A stretch of 64,000 nt of DNA, from assembly GCA_013239625.1 (NCBI GenBank), contig MU054212.1, forward strand, positions 8,517,084-8,581,083. Direction: 5' to 3'. Within the stretch, counting starts at the first letter, position 1, and each line of letters starts with the position of its first letter. A program made the translations under genes and the position numbers. Under the pieces are notes generated by a model. It had not been told where the DNA came from. It made no database searches and saw nothing but the letters and a program-made list of their open reading frames with translations. Source of the DNA: Lama guanicoe. Its lineage: Eukaryota. Shown in pieces: positions 26,016-38,289 of this stretch.

Positions 26016-28098
26016 GTAGTTAATTTGTCAAACATTTTCCCTAACGTGTTGTTGGCAGAGGGGTTTTGGGAATTGTATTAGCAGGATTAGAAGTGTATTT
26101 TGAGAGACATGAAGCGTTTGTGCACCGTACGTGTAGTTAGGAGCCATCTTTCACACACATCATCATTTCAGAGAGGGATTTTTTTCCTCTGATGAATTAA
26201 TAAAATTAGAATTTTTCATTTCTGTAAATCTAGTGCCAGTGAGATGGTGATATGCATATGTTCTTTTGTTCCTGTATGAACATTTTGCAAGTCTGTAAGT
26301 CAGATTCATGCTTTAATTCAGTTATTTAGGATAAAAATATTTAACTTAAACAGTCCCTTAATTAATTGTAAGTGCCGGTATGTGAAAATATTACCTAAAA
26401 CTGGGTCCTTGCACTAAAATCTTAAGATTTTAAGTTCAGACTCATACCACCTGATAAGATTAGTAAAATTGTTTCAAATATAAAAATAGCCAGAATTGAC
26501 AAAAGTATGGAAAAGGATTTCCGTGAACGCATTTCTGCTTTTTCTTTTGCTCTACATTTGGTCATATGTGGATTTTTTTCAGAAAGGGATAAAAACCGTT
26601 ATGCTGTCTAGGACCTTTAGAGTGAGACCTTGAGCTTTCTGAGCCATCGTAGGATTTGTCCTGGTTGCATCAGCCTGCTGCTTCTGTAGTAATTGGGAGT
26701 TCCTGCAGAACCAGGCTTTTTAGCTTTCTTCTCTCCTGGGCTTCCCAGATCTGTCTTCCTTTGAGTTAAGTCCAGTTCTGGCAAAGCTGAAGAGAGGTTT
26801 CACTAATTCTGTGCTCTTTCTCCCTAGCCAGCCCGAGGCCTTTCCTAGTAAAGGGACTTCCCCACTCTTCTACTGACGACAGTTCAAATCACCATCTGAA
26901 CCAAGTGTTCCTAAGCATTTCACAGATGATGGACTTCTTTGAAAAATCTGATAAAAAGCTATGAGTCTCCTGTAAAGGGAGTGGGGGGAGCAGGGATGTA
27001 CATGGGCAAACAGAAGGTTCTGCATATAATCCTAGGACATTTAGAGTGACCCCCAGACCCAGGTCAAGAAAGTCTTGCACTCAGTGATGAAGCTGGGTGT
27101 TGGCCCTTGTCCTGTGCCTCCTAAGGTATTAGACCTTCTTCCTCTTTCTTCTCTTCTAAAATCAAAGTAAGTCCTAGCTTCTTTGTGGAAATAACTATTT
27201 CTACTAGGGCCGCCCTGACCAGTGCATGGAATGAGTATGTTTTAGGCCTACAGAGATGGCCAGTTCATCCTAAAATACGATCTACATAGTGTTCTCTGTC
27301 TCTGGAACTTAATTACTTTCTCCTAGTTGGAGTCCTTTTTTTCTCCATACTCATTCCTCAAGGAAACCAGTGTTTGATTTTCATTTATTTAAATCCTCTT
27401 TCATTATCATTTCTCTGCTTAATTCTGTGTATTCCCACCCCCTCTGCATACCTGGGCCAGGCTTCGAGGCAGAGTGTGTACTGGACTCAGTCAGGGTGAT
27501 GAGCCCCTAGGAGGAGCATGTGGATTTTATTCTGTTCTTCGTCTCCTTCCTTAAAGGTTCACAGAAAGGGCTGCATTGTTTTCATCCTGTTTAATCTTAC
27601 ATCTCTGCAATGTTTGCCACCCTTTAGAAGCTGCTCTGTTAGAGCTGCTGGTATGAGTCTAGTTGGTTAATGTGCTCAACTGCATTTACGGTTGCTAGGA
27701 ACTATGGAGTGGGTACACAGTCAGGTGGAGAGGATTTCAAGAAGCAGCTTCATTTTAAGGAGTTTGGGGTGGAAGCTCAGTTGGGACCCAAGGACCAGGA
27801 AGGGTACTAAAGACAGTAAGAGCCCTTGGGACTGGGCCGGGAAGGACGTCCAGGCAGAGAAGGATGTCCGGGCAGGAGCTGTGACAGCATGACTGGGGTG
27901 CAGGTCATGTCTGGAAGCCAAATAACACAGCATAAAAACAAAGCGAGCCCTGGGGGCCAATGAACGTTTCTGAAGAGTGTGAGAATAAGCATTTATTCCG
28001 TAGTCATAAACCGTTATAAAACTACTTTTAAAAACAAAAACTGATAGTAAATTTTAAATTGTTACAATTAACAGTATAGTATTATGATTGAATTTCAG

Positions 28099-28216
28099 AA
28101 CACCTACAATGGCAGGAGGCCTTTTTTCAATAGACAGAGATTACTTTCAGGAAATTGGAACATATGATGCTGGAATGGATATTTGGGGAGGAGAAAACCT
28201 AGAAATTTCCTTTAGG
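28099..28216 (+). CDS. GALNT1: GALNT1 coding exon 6 (Gal/GalNAc-T motif WGGEN)
   Basis: tttcag| acceptor; [39 protein letters not shown]; donor gtaagt; 118 nt. Not in the ORF track. Confidence 0.96.
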
Positions 28217-29648
28217 GTAAGTTCCCTTTGAAAAAAGTAATCTGTGTAACCTCAAATATGGATATGCTTTAAATATTCATGTTATCTCTAAATAAAAAAT
28301 AAAAAGTGAATATGATATGAGTTTAATCAGACTTAACAGTCTTCAGTCCATAAACAGTTTGGTGATACTAGTAAGGATTCATTCTGAACAATTTTAAGCA
28401 AATAAATTAGTTTTCTTAATAGCCCGCCTGTAAAACTCACACAAGATTCCATAGTTGTTTTTAATTTGTTACTTTCAAGGAAGTAATCTAAACTCTAAAA
28501 ATAAACAAAAAATAACATGTAGATGCTACTGTGTTACTTAACTGCCAAAAACATAATTTCACTTTCTTTAATATGCTGTGTCCTGGTTTGAAAGTTTTTC
28601 TCTTGTCTAAAACCTGGTCATTTCACCAGCTTTGTATTTTTCGATTAAAAAAAAAAAGGCAAAAGAATTCTGAAATCACTCTGAATTAATTTTACCCAGT
28701 CAGCCTTGTCTCATGCATTTCACGTTCATAAAAATCAACATATTTTTAAGATGACGTAAATAATGGACTTTAGACACATGGCTTATAGCGGAAACCACAC
28801 TGAGTTGCCCTGAGGCCTAACGCAGCTAGCTCGCCTTGTTCCTGGTGGGGCGCTTTGCCCTTTATGAAAGGAGAGGTTTGGACTCCTGATCGTCTTGGAG
28901 ATCCCACCCACCTGTATCACTTTACAATCCTGGAAAAACATTAAAGTAGGAACACTGAATATTTAACAAAATCAAAACTTTTCAAAATGTGTTTTAATTG
29001 TAATTAGTTAGAAGATGTTTAACTTATGGGAAAATGTTTTGAAAGGAGCAGAAGGATAATTAATTAAGGATGTGAAACTGTACTTAATGATCTTTCTTGT
29101 ACCCCTTTTTGTTTTTATTCTGACAAAGACAATAGAGTGTGTTCTCACTGTCCCACCGAGTCTCGCGTGAGTCATCCAGGTTCGATTCCTAGGTTCTAGG
29201 TGATGCACAGGCTGCGACACAGGTTTGGAGGAGGAGGAACAGATAGGACTCTGGCTGAATGTTCCGTGGTCAAAGGTTTTTTGACCATATTAATGAAGTT
29301 ATACGCACAACCCAAAATGTAAACATTTCAGGGAACAGTATGTCCTTGTTAGTAAGTACAGGTTGCAATCCATCAAATTTGAATTTTATGACCCTTGTAA
29401 GAGTGATGGCCTGCAGTTAGAAAAATACTGCTGTAGATGGCATGTCTTTTCTGAATTTAGCCTTTAACTTATCCTTCTGAATTTAACCTTCAGCTTCTGG
29501 TTCGATCAGAACCACACATAGAGGAAGCACTTGCTTTGTGACCATATAACAGGAGCTCCACTGTACACCCTTGATTGAGCCCAATAGATGTGAACGATTT
29601 TTTAAAAAACTATTGGTGTGTAAAACCGGTCTTCCTTGCTGCTTTCAG

Positions 29649-29829
29649 ATTTGGCAGTGTGGAGGGACTTTGGAGATTGTCACATGCTCACATGTCGGAC
29701 ATGTGTTCCGGAAAGCTACACCCTACACGTTTCCAGGAGGCACGGGACAGATTATCAATAAAAATAACAGACGACTTGCCGAAGTGTGGATGGATGAATT
29801 CAAGAATTTCTTCTATATAATTTCTCCAG
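29649..29829 (+). CDS. GALNT1: GALNT1 coding exon 7
   Basis: ctttcag| acceptor; [60 protein letters not shown]; donor gttagc; 181 nt. Confidence 0.97.
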
Positions 29830-30660
29830 GTTAGCATTGTTTTGCATTGGAAATACAAGACTCTCTTGACCCTGATCCTTATGCATTCTGAGGAGGGGTA
29901 AGAAGGGGTGGAAAAGAAGCTTTGAGCAGAGGTGAAACATCTACCTGCTAGGCTGTTGTAGGAATAAGTGAAAGCACACACAGCACAGAGAGTGCCGGCG
30001 GAATGCCTGCTGCGGTATGTCAGTGACGGCGGCGGTGCGTCACCCAGTGCTGCAGAAGTTACTGTTGGTCCAGGTGCTGTCCGTGTTCTTTTTTTTTTTA
30101 AAACCCAACTGCAGCATTTAGCGTTTATATGAGACCGCCAAGTATTCCAGGGCGAGTGCAGAGCCCTCCAGCATGCCTCAAGGGACTTCTCTCCAGGAAC
30201 TTTGCTCTGCTCTTCCGAGTGTTGTGGGAGCAGCTGTTCTGTCAGCTGTGACTCTGCCCGACATTGTGGCCATTCCATCCGCGTCTCGTCACCGCTGCCC
30301 AGTGGCAGGGTGCGCGACGCAGCCAGTCGTGTGCGAGAAACCTGACTGAAAACAAGTGTTCTGTTCAGTATTTGGGCAACACTGATATTTATTTTTGTTT
30401 TTGCCTTAACAAATCTTAAAGTGTTCTGGCCCCGTATAACTTACATTTGTTTGTAATAATATTAGCATGTGTATCATCACATAAATTTCATTTTTCTTTG
30501 AAAAACACATATTAATGGATTTCCTCGTTTTGTCCTTGGGAGGTGGGTTTATGGTGTCACCTGCGTAGTCACGCAGCACCAACTGCTGCCACTTTTCCCA
30601 TCCGTCTGGCTTGTTTGTTACCTAGTAGCACGTCAGTAACTCAGTCACTTCTTTTGACAG

Positions 30661-30800
30661 GTGTTACAAAAGTAGACTACGGAGATATATCATCAAGGCT
30701 GGGTCTGAGACACAAACTCCAGTGCAGACCTTTCTCTTGGTACCTGGAGAACATTTATCCTGATTCTCAGATTCCACGTCACTATTTCTCTTTGGGAGAG
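30661..30800 (+). CDS. GALNT1: GALNT1 coding exon 8 (end of catalytic domain and linker)
   Basis: cttttgacag| acceptor; [47 protein letters not shown]; donor gtaagg; 140 nt. Confidence 0.97.
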
Positions 30801-31669
30801 GTAAGGGGAGAAAAGTATTCTGTGTGGTTATCATGTTCTCACTAATTTATCAAAAAAAAATAGAGGTTAAACTTGTAAGCAGGGAGCACCTTCGTATTAA
30901 GATTACATAGTCCAGTGTGGGAAAGTTCTTGTTAGCTGACAGTCTACCTTATCACTTGAAACTTTTTTTTTTTTCATGTTATGTTTTATTAAAATAAGAA
31001 CGCTGTGCCCCCAACCTTTCACAGTTGGACCTTTGTTACAATATATTAGTGTCTTCGGTAGACGACTTATTTTGACAAACTGGCCCATTTAGTTGAAACC
31101 ATATATTCCTGAAGCTAATGTCCTAGCGTTAATTAGCCCGAATCAAAGTTTGAGGAACTTCCAGTAAAGATAAACTGTAAAGAACTGACAAGGAAACTTG
31201 AAAGACTGTTTATGGTAAGCTGTATTTTTAGCATCCGTTTATCTTCCTTCAGGAGCCCTAAATCTCAGTTTGGGATGCAAGTTGGAATGAGTGGTGGTTA
31301 GCGTCTTTATTCCTGATGATGCCTTAGTCATGGCACCTAGAATTCAGCAGCAGATTTTCTTGAAACTTAATAAGTAATTTACTTATTGATGCTCATATTT
31401 AGTTAATGTAATTACCTGTGCTTTGGAGTTCGGCCTTTTTACCTTGTGGCTGCCCACAGTGTGGGGTCTGGAGTGAGACAGACTTCCCTTCCGGTGTGAC
31501 TCCTCCTGCCAGGACGCTTAGGAGGCAGCGTTCCTCGTGCCCCTCCCCACCGCATCCCTAGAGGGTTGAGAGCCGTTCACTCTGCGTCCCTGCCGACGCT
31601 GGGCTCCACGTGTAGCAAGTCTGAGTGGGTCCTTCTCTTTAGCCCAGGGGTCTGATCAAGTCACGGATT

Positions 31670-32070
31670 CTGTTAGCTTCCCAGGGCTGCCACCGAGTGG
31701 CTGGAACAACAGAAACGTACCGTCTCAGTTCTGGGGATGAGAAGTCTGAGATGAGGGTCTGAGCAGGTTTGCTTCCTTCTGAGCTCTGTGAGGAAGGATC
31801 TGTCCTCTGCCTCCTTCTGGCTTTTGGGGTTTGCTGGCCACCTTTGGTGTTCCGGGTGTGTGGACGCGTCACCCCGATTCCTGTCTCCTAACCCCCAGTA
31901 TCTCAGAATGTGGCCTTATTTGGAGATGGGGTTTTTACAGAGGCAGTTAAGTTACAGTGGGGTCATTAGGGTGAGCCCTACTCCAGTGTGACTGGGGTCC
32001 TTGTGAAAAGGGCACGTTGGGAGACACTCACACACAGGAGAAGGCATATGAAGATGAGGGCAGAGACGGA
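31670..32070. mobile_element. MLT1 (MaLR) solo LTR with one half inverted
   Basis: 31670-31888 matches the reverse of the LTR 3' half; 31889-32070 (taacccccagtatctcagaatgtggccttatttgg...) matches the forward 5' half. Confidence 0.75.
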
Positions 32071-32074
32071 TTTT

Positions 32075-33100
32075 GGGGAAAGAGTATTCCAGGCACAAGG
32101 AAAAACAAGTACGAAGGACATAAGGCAAGAATGCGCTTTGGCACGTTCCGGAAGCAGCAGAGAGGCTGGCTGGCTGGAGCAGTGAGCCGGGGGGAGCAGT
32201 AAAGGAACAGGCCAAGACGTAGTGAGGCCAGATCACACAGAGCTTGCAGGCCGTGGGGAGGACTCCGGGTTCGGTTCTGAGGTGGGAAGCCACAGGGAGC
32301 GACGAGCAGACTTTCACTGGGAGGATCAGACTGTCTGCTGTTTCAGGCGAAACTATATGGGAAGGAGAGTAGAGCTGGCGTATTGGTGAGAAAAGAGTAG
32401 CCGAGGATTATATTAAGATTTCACCTGAGGAGCTGGGACAGGGAACATGGTGTCACTGAGATGGGAAAGCCTGCCGAGCAGGTGCAGGAGGCACTGAGCA
32501 GTGCCGTTCGGGACACGTTCAGTTTGATCCAGGTAATGACAGTATGTAAGTAGTTGCATTAAAAAACCTGCACCTTGGACAAGATTTTGGAGATTGAAAA
32601 TTAGGGGCTGTTAGTATAAAGGTCATTTTTAAAACCACAGAACTTTGAGAGCACCTTGGGAGGAGTGGATGCCAGTGGGGAAGAGGGGAGGATTGAGGAC
32701 CAAGCCATAAAAAACTCCACAATTTAGAAATTATGAAGATGAAAAGGAATCAGCTAAAAAGACTGATGAGAAGGAGCGAGCACTGAACTAGAAAGAGAAC
32801 CGAGGGAGCGATGTCCCAGAGACTGAGTGAAGGGCTTGTTTCACGGACAAGGACGTGATGGACTGTGCGGAACAGTGCGGAACGGGGAGGGAGACAAGCC
32901 TGGGCGCTGGCCGCTGGATTAGCGGGAGACGCCGTCAGGCTCCAGCTCTCCGTGTCAGGCGGGCTCCCGTGGAGGTGGCAGGGACAGAATGTCTCATGGC
33001 TTCAAAGGAGATCAGGAGAAGAGGAAGTGGAGATGATGAGTGTGGTTGAGAAATTTTGCTGTAAAGCAGAACAGAGAAGTGAGTGGTAGCTGGGGTGGGG
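32075..33100 (-). mobile_element. LINE-2 (antisense)
   Basis: agagtattccaggcacaagg; gaggccagatcacacagagcttgcaggcc; ggtcatttttaaaaccacag. Confidence 0.65.
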
Positions 33101-34244
33101 GGGGTGGTTAAAGAAGGGTTTTTTATATTTTGCTATGATGAAACTGCTGGCGCACATGACACAAAAGAGAGCGTTGTGAAGATGCTAGAAAAGAGGCACT
33201 GACCGCAGAGCCACGTGCTCCTGGGGGCGTGGGGGGCAGTTCCTCCCCCGCACCGGGGAGGAAGGTGGGGGGCCCGGGGCCAAGTGCAGGGGACAGGGTG
33301 GGGGGCTAGAAGCCGGCCGTTTGAGGTGGGAGGGTGGGGGGGTTCTCGGGTGAGATGTTTCCTCAGTTGGACGCGGTTGGACGCAAGATCGTTGGCTGAG
33401 GGTGAAGGAGGTGGTTAGTGGTTTGGGGAGAGAGGAAGAGATGGAAAGTAGGAAAGTGGGATGTGGTTGGGCGAAGAGATGACAGAGGGGAGCTGGGTGG
33501 CGGTGGGTCAGAGGAGGCTGTCCGGCCTGGGTGCGCCTTGCCCAGCGCCAGGGCCAGCCCGGCTCCCACACTCATCCTGGGAGGCTCCTGAGCCTGCCTG
33601 AGGGCTGACTTGAGTGCCCTGCCTCTGAACTTCGCTGTGATTTCAGGAAGTCACCCTCAAACAAGCAAGGGGTGCGCTGAGTTTCTGGCCTCGTTCCTGA
33701 GCGTCTGTTCCCTTTGCTGGAGCCTCATTCCAATCAAGGCCCCGGGTGGGTGAAGCTGTGGGAAGATTTATGGCAGTTGCTCGCCTGCAGAATAGAGAAT
33801 GAGCTTTTTTTGTTTGTTTTCTTTGAACTGACCTGATTTTGGACAACACCTAGGCATTGTGAGCTGGGCCAGAATACAGACATACTACAAAGAGCCACTT
33901 GTTAGCCCATGGGAGATGACTGCCAAGGCAGGCGGCCTTTTACTGCCCCCGCCAGCTGGCTTTCTGCATCAGGAACAGATTTTACCCTCTGTGGCCTGCT
34001 TGTTATCGCTTCAGTAACTAAGCAGCTGCTATTCTAAATTCACATTTTTATAGGATATTGTAAATAAAATCAGTTTGTATATTTGAAAAAGAACAACCTG
34101 ACAATCTTAGCCATACAGTGATTTTTTCCCCCCACTCATAGCCTTTACCTCAGGAATTAGAGGGTCAGCGGGAAGTGCAGACTGACTGTGTGTGCGCCTG
34201 TCCAGTCAGCCTCGCTAACGTGTGGCATTTTCACTGTCCCACAG

Positions 34245-34343
34245 ATACGAAATGTGGAAACAAATCAGTGTCTAGATAACATGGCTAGAAAAGAGAATGA
34301 AAAAGTTGGGATCTTTAACTGTCACGGTATGGGAGGTAATCAG
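34245..34343 (+). CDS. GALNT1: GALNT1 coding exon 9 (ricin-B lectin alpha repeat)
   Basis: Branch-like gctaac ~34214; cccacag| acceptor; [33 protein letters not shown]; donor gtgagt; 99 nt. Confidence 0.97.
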
Positions 34344-34735
34344 GTGAGTATTTTAGGCTCTAAAGGTATAATTTTCAGATTTGTTTTAATCTTCTTACTT
34401 TTTTATTTCATGATGTCATTCAGGAAATGTTTTCTACCTTAAAAGAGAAAATAATAAAGCCCTTTAGGAGAATTGAGCCTTCAGTATAATGATTACTTTT
34501 AAATGAAACATTTGTAAAAGGCCTTTTATGAGAACTGTATTTACATGGTTGTGAATGAATTTATTTTGTCCTTTTTGGTCAAACAAGGTGACAGCCCTTG
34601 GCAATACGCTCAGAGTATACAGAGAACTCAAGGTCATTTTTTCTTTCCTCTCTTCAAAATTATTAGTAGCTTTTCTGAGTCACTTACTCTCCATTACATT
34701 AAGAAAGTTGAAAAAATACGTATCTTGAAATACTT

Positions 34736-34883
34736 ATACCACATCTTCTTTATCCAGTCACCTGTTGATGGACATTTAGGTTGTTTCCATGTTTTGGCTA
34801 TTGTAAATAGTGCTGCTATGAACATTGGGGTGCAGGTGTCATCCTGAAGTAGATTTCCTTCTGGGTACAAGCCCAGGAGTGGG
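34736..34883 (-). mobile_element. 148-bp internal L1 fragment, no poly(A), 11-bp flanking direct repeat
   Basis: ataccacatcttctttatccagtc...gctattgtaaatagtgctgctatgaacattggggtg...cccaggagtggg; TTGAAATACTT at 34725-34735 and 34884-34894. Confidence 0.9.
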
Positions 34884-34985
34884 TTGAAATACTTGTCTTT
34901 CTCCCTGCCAGATTCTTGGGCACATAAAACAGCGATTAATTTACTTTATTGCCAAAGCTCATACGTGTGCACTTCTGGTTTTCAG

Positions 34986-35120
34986 GTTTTCTCTTACACC
35001 GCCAACAAAGAAATTAGAACAGATGACCTCTGCTTGGATGTCTCCAAACTTAACGGCCCAGTCACAATGCTCAAATGCCACCACCTAAAAGGCAACCAGC
35101 TTTGGGAGTATGACCCAGTG
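34986..35120 (+). CDS. GALNT1: GALNT1 coding exon 10 (lectin beta repeat)
   Basis: tttttcag| acceptor; [45 protein letters not shown]; donor gtaagt; 135 nt. Confidence 0.97.
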
Positions 35121-36099
35121 GTAAGTGATCCAGCTGAATACAGGAATAAAGTTGTGTGTTGTTGGGTGTATTTTATACATTGCTTTGTATCTAAAAGAGT
35201 GAACCCTTGTGGAGTCTGCATATGGATCAGTGTTCTCATACTCTAAAAACTGACAGGAAAAACAATGTAAGTAAAACAACATGCTTTATTTAATCTCCCC
35301 AGTAACTAACTTGGTCTTGCCTCCGGCCCCTGGGTCCTTGTTGTCACCATGTGGCCACTCTCCCATCTGTGTGTAGCAAGCTCTCCGTCCAGGGTGGGAG
35401 AAATGGTGCAGTGAGCAGGCTTTTTAAATGACTGAGTTAAACACCTGGGTACAAGTTTCATTAATTAATGAAACTCTCTAGCTCATCATTATGCTTCGGT
35501 GACTCGTGACAGAACTCTCTCTGCCTTCCTCTGGAGCCGCTCCCTCTCCCCACCCGCTGTGTGTTGCACTTAACATGAAGGTGCTTGAAAGACACTGGTT
35601 CAGGCAGAGCGAGATCTCCAGTAAACCTCTTTGTATCTGGCTGCACCTCCCAGCCTGTGCGTTTGCTCTGCGGCTCTGGCACCAGCACCTTCACTACATC
35701 TTTTCTCTGGTTATTTTTCTTCTGCTTATGAGCACTAGCTTTCTTCTCCATGTTAGGAACGACTCTTGTTCCTACTGTGCTTTCTGCCTACCCTCCTGCT
35801 TTTCCCCTGTGTTGGATGACAGCAAGTGAATGGCCCACACTTGTGCCTCTGGTTCTTCACCCTGGCTCCTGCCTGGGCCCGACACTGTACCGGAACAGCT
35901 CCTGGATGCACAGCCAGGACATTCCCGTCTCTTTTCCTTAACTTCCAAAAGCATTTACTGTTGCAAAGCAGATATTTTAAAATCCTCTTATCTGTTGGCT
36001 TTAGATCCACTAGTGTTTAGTTTCTTGTCTTAGCTTTCTTCTCTCTGCTTCTTTCGTCTGCTTGGCTCATTCTGCCGCCTCATTCTACCCCTTAAATGG

Positions 36100-36490
36100 A
36101 GACATCCAAGCCAAGCTGTGACTTCAGCTGCCTTTGCTCCTTACACTGGGTCACATGCAAACCCTGGTCTACTTTCATTGTCAACCTGCTATTCCCTGAA
36201 CACACCCTGTACTTTCTCACTTTACACTTAAGATCATACAGTTCACTCTGCCTAACAAATCCTACCCATTCTTGAGGACCCAGAATTGATATCACGTCCA
36301 TGAATCCCAGCCAGAAATTAGCTGTCTTTTAATTATCATCTCTGACCCCTGTAATGCTGTACTTCTTTACAGTCATCTGTCTACCAGTCTTCTCATCCCT
36401 ATTAGATAGATCCTAGAGGGCAAAAACCAATCCAGGGTCTCCCTTCACAGTGTCAGACTGTAAAGTGTACATGTGTATTTCATGCAGCAG
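36100..36490 (+). mobile_element. LINE-2 remnant
   Basis: ctgctattccctgaacacacc; cctacccattcttgaggacccag; cctagagggcaaaaacca. Confidence 0.5.
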
Positions 36491-36859
36491 TAGTTCCATT
36501 AACATGACTATTGGAAATGGTGCGAATACCCTGTTCCAGTGGTTTCCGTGGTGCATGCTGTTGCCATGTTGGGTGCAGCCGTCCTAAGCCCTGCAGGATA
36601 CATGGCATCTCTGACAGTGGTAGCCCACAGTCGTGGTGGGAACCAAAATATTTTTAAAATTAAAAAGACCCCCAGTTGTATGTTCACTGAAAAATGATGA
36701 TACATTTAATTAGGTAACAAACCTGTTTACTATATAATAGCATGAGAAAATAGTGGGGTTTTTTTTCTTAAGTGTGGAGGTAAGTGGATTCAATGGCGTA
36801 GCGGTGTTACATTGCAGCAGTCTTCTTGGCTCTTCCTGGCGGCCACTGCGTGGGTGCTA

Positions 36860-37050
36860 CAGCTCTCAGCACCACAGCCAGCTCACGGCGGGAAGCGGGC
36901 ATGCTGCACTGCTCCATGAACTGCTCTGTATCAGGAAAGCCAAAGCTTTTCCTGGATCCCCCGCAGTAGACTCTGCTCTGTCTCATGGACCAGAACCTCC
37001 TCCCACAGGAATGCCCCAGCCGCACGGGAGGCTGGGAAGACAGGCACCGT
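36860..37050. mobile_element. Old MLT1 (J/K/L-like) LTR remnant
   Basis: tatcaggaaagccaaagcttttcctgga...cagtagactctgc...tctcatggaccagaac...gggaggctgggaa. Confidence 0.45.
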
Positions 37051-38289
37051 CTTTATGGTGTGACGCGGCCAGGAGACAGGGAGTGGGAATGGCTGTGGGC
37101 AGACTGTGGGAACCTGTAGGGTCTGCCGTGACAGTTACTCCAAAAGCAAATGCTTAGAAACTGGAGCTGCTTTATTTAGGGTATTCTGAAAGAACCAGTT
37201 ACGAGTGTAAGTTTCAAAACTCCTAGAGCACTTTGCAAGGTGTCTTTCCTTAGATAGAATTTTAGTAGTGCAGGCTGGGTTCTCCCTGAAACAGACTGCA
37301 ACCAGCTTAGCATTCAGGAGGAAGGAGTCAGACTGCACCGGCAGAGTTGTGCTGCCTCCATCAGCTCAGAAACTAGCAGTCTAGAAAGATAATCTATTTA
37401 TCTCAGTAATGTATAATCTAAAATTTCAGAGGAACCCAAGAAATAAAATCCAGGATAACGTTTAGTATATAGGGACACAGAAGCCCAGAATGGAAGTTAA
37501 TTGCTCAAGGTCACAGAGCAGGTAAATGGTGTTCCCAGCTCTCAGGCAGCCCTGGGTTTCCTGGTCCAGGATTCTGGGCACAATACCATACTACTTCCAC
37601 TCGGCCCTTTTGGGAATAAAGTGTAGATTTTTGACATAGTGATATCTAGTTAGGGGAAGGTAGGCAGCAAACTACTTTTTCTAGGTGGCTGGTGGACTTT
37701 ATGCAATAATTTTATCCTCCTTTTTCAAAGGTTACAATTAGTTACCTGTCACTTGTTTTTCCCATTGCCTCAATCATACCTTTTCTCTGTGGAAACCAGG
37801 CAGTGCTGGCGGATCCTCTGCTGAGCCCAGTGACCACAGAACTCGGCACCTGCAGCCAGAGCGGGCTCTGGAACAGGACTCTTCTCCAGGGTCCAGGTCT
37901 CCTGAAATTATGAAGATTCTGTCTTAATTTTGAGCAGTTAAAGACCCAGTGTGGATCATTAATCATGTCTTTGTTACGAGTTTATTTTACATAAATGAAA
38001 TAATACATTTTTTCAAATTGGGATGATAAAGACCAGTTCCCCAACTAAATTTTTTGTTGTGTTTAGTGTTTTTGTTTTTATTGGTACTGACAGTGGCCAC
38101 TCAGAGAGGCCCTGCAGGATCTTCTGGAATATTTGAGGGGTTCTTTTTAAAAGCGCTCTGTTTTTGTCTTACATGTGACTAAAAGCCTTGGCAGCACCCA
38201 GAGTGATGGGGCTGCCAGAGCGCGGCCGTGGCTGCTCGGGCTGTTGCTAGGATGTTGTTTTCCAGTAGTAAGTGCCTCCGAGCTAGGCA

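Noticed and set aside
29688..30278. 196-aa antisense ORF overlapping a GALNT1 exon
   Set aside because: No homology I recognise and it crosses an A-run; explained by GC-rich intron plus the antisense of a coding exon.
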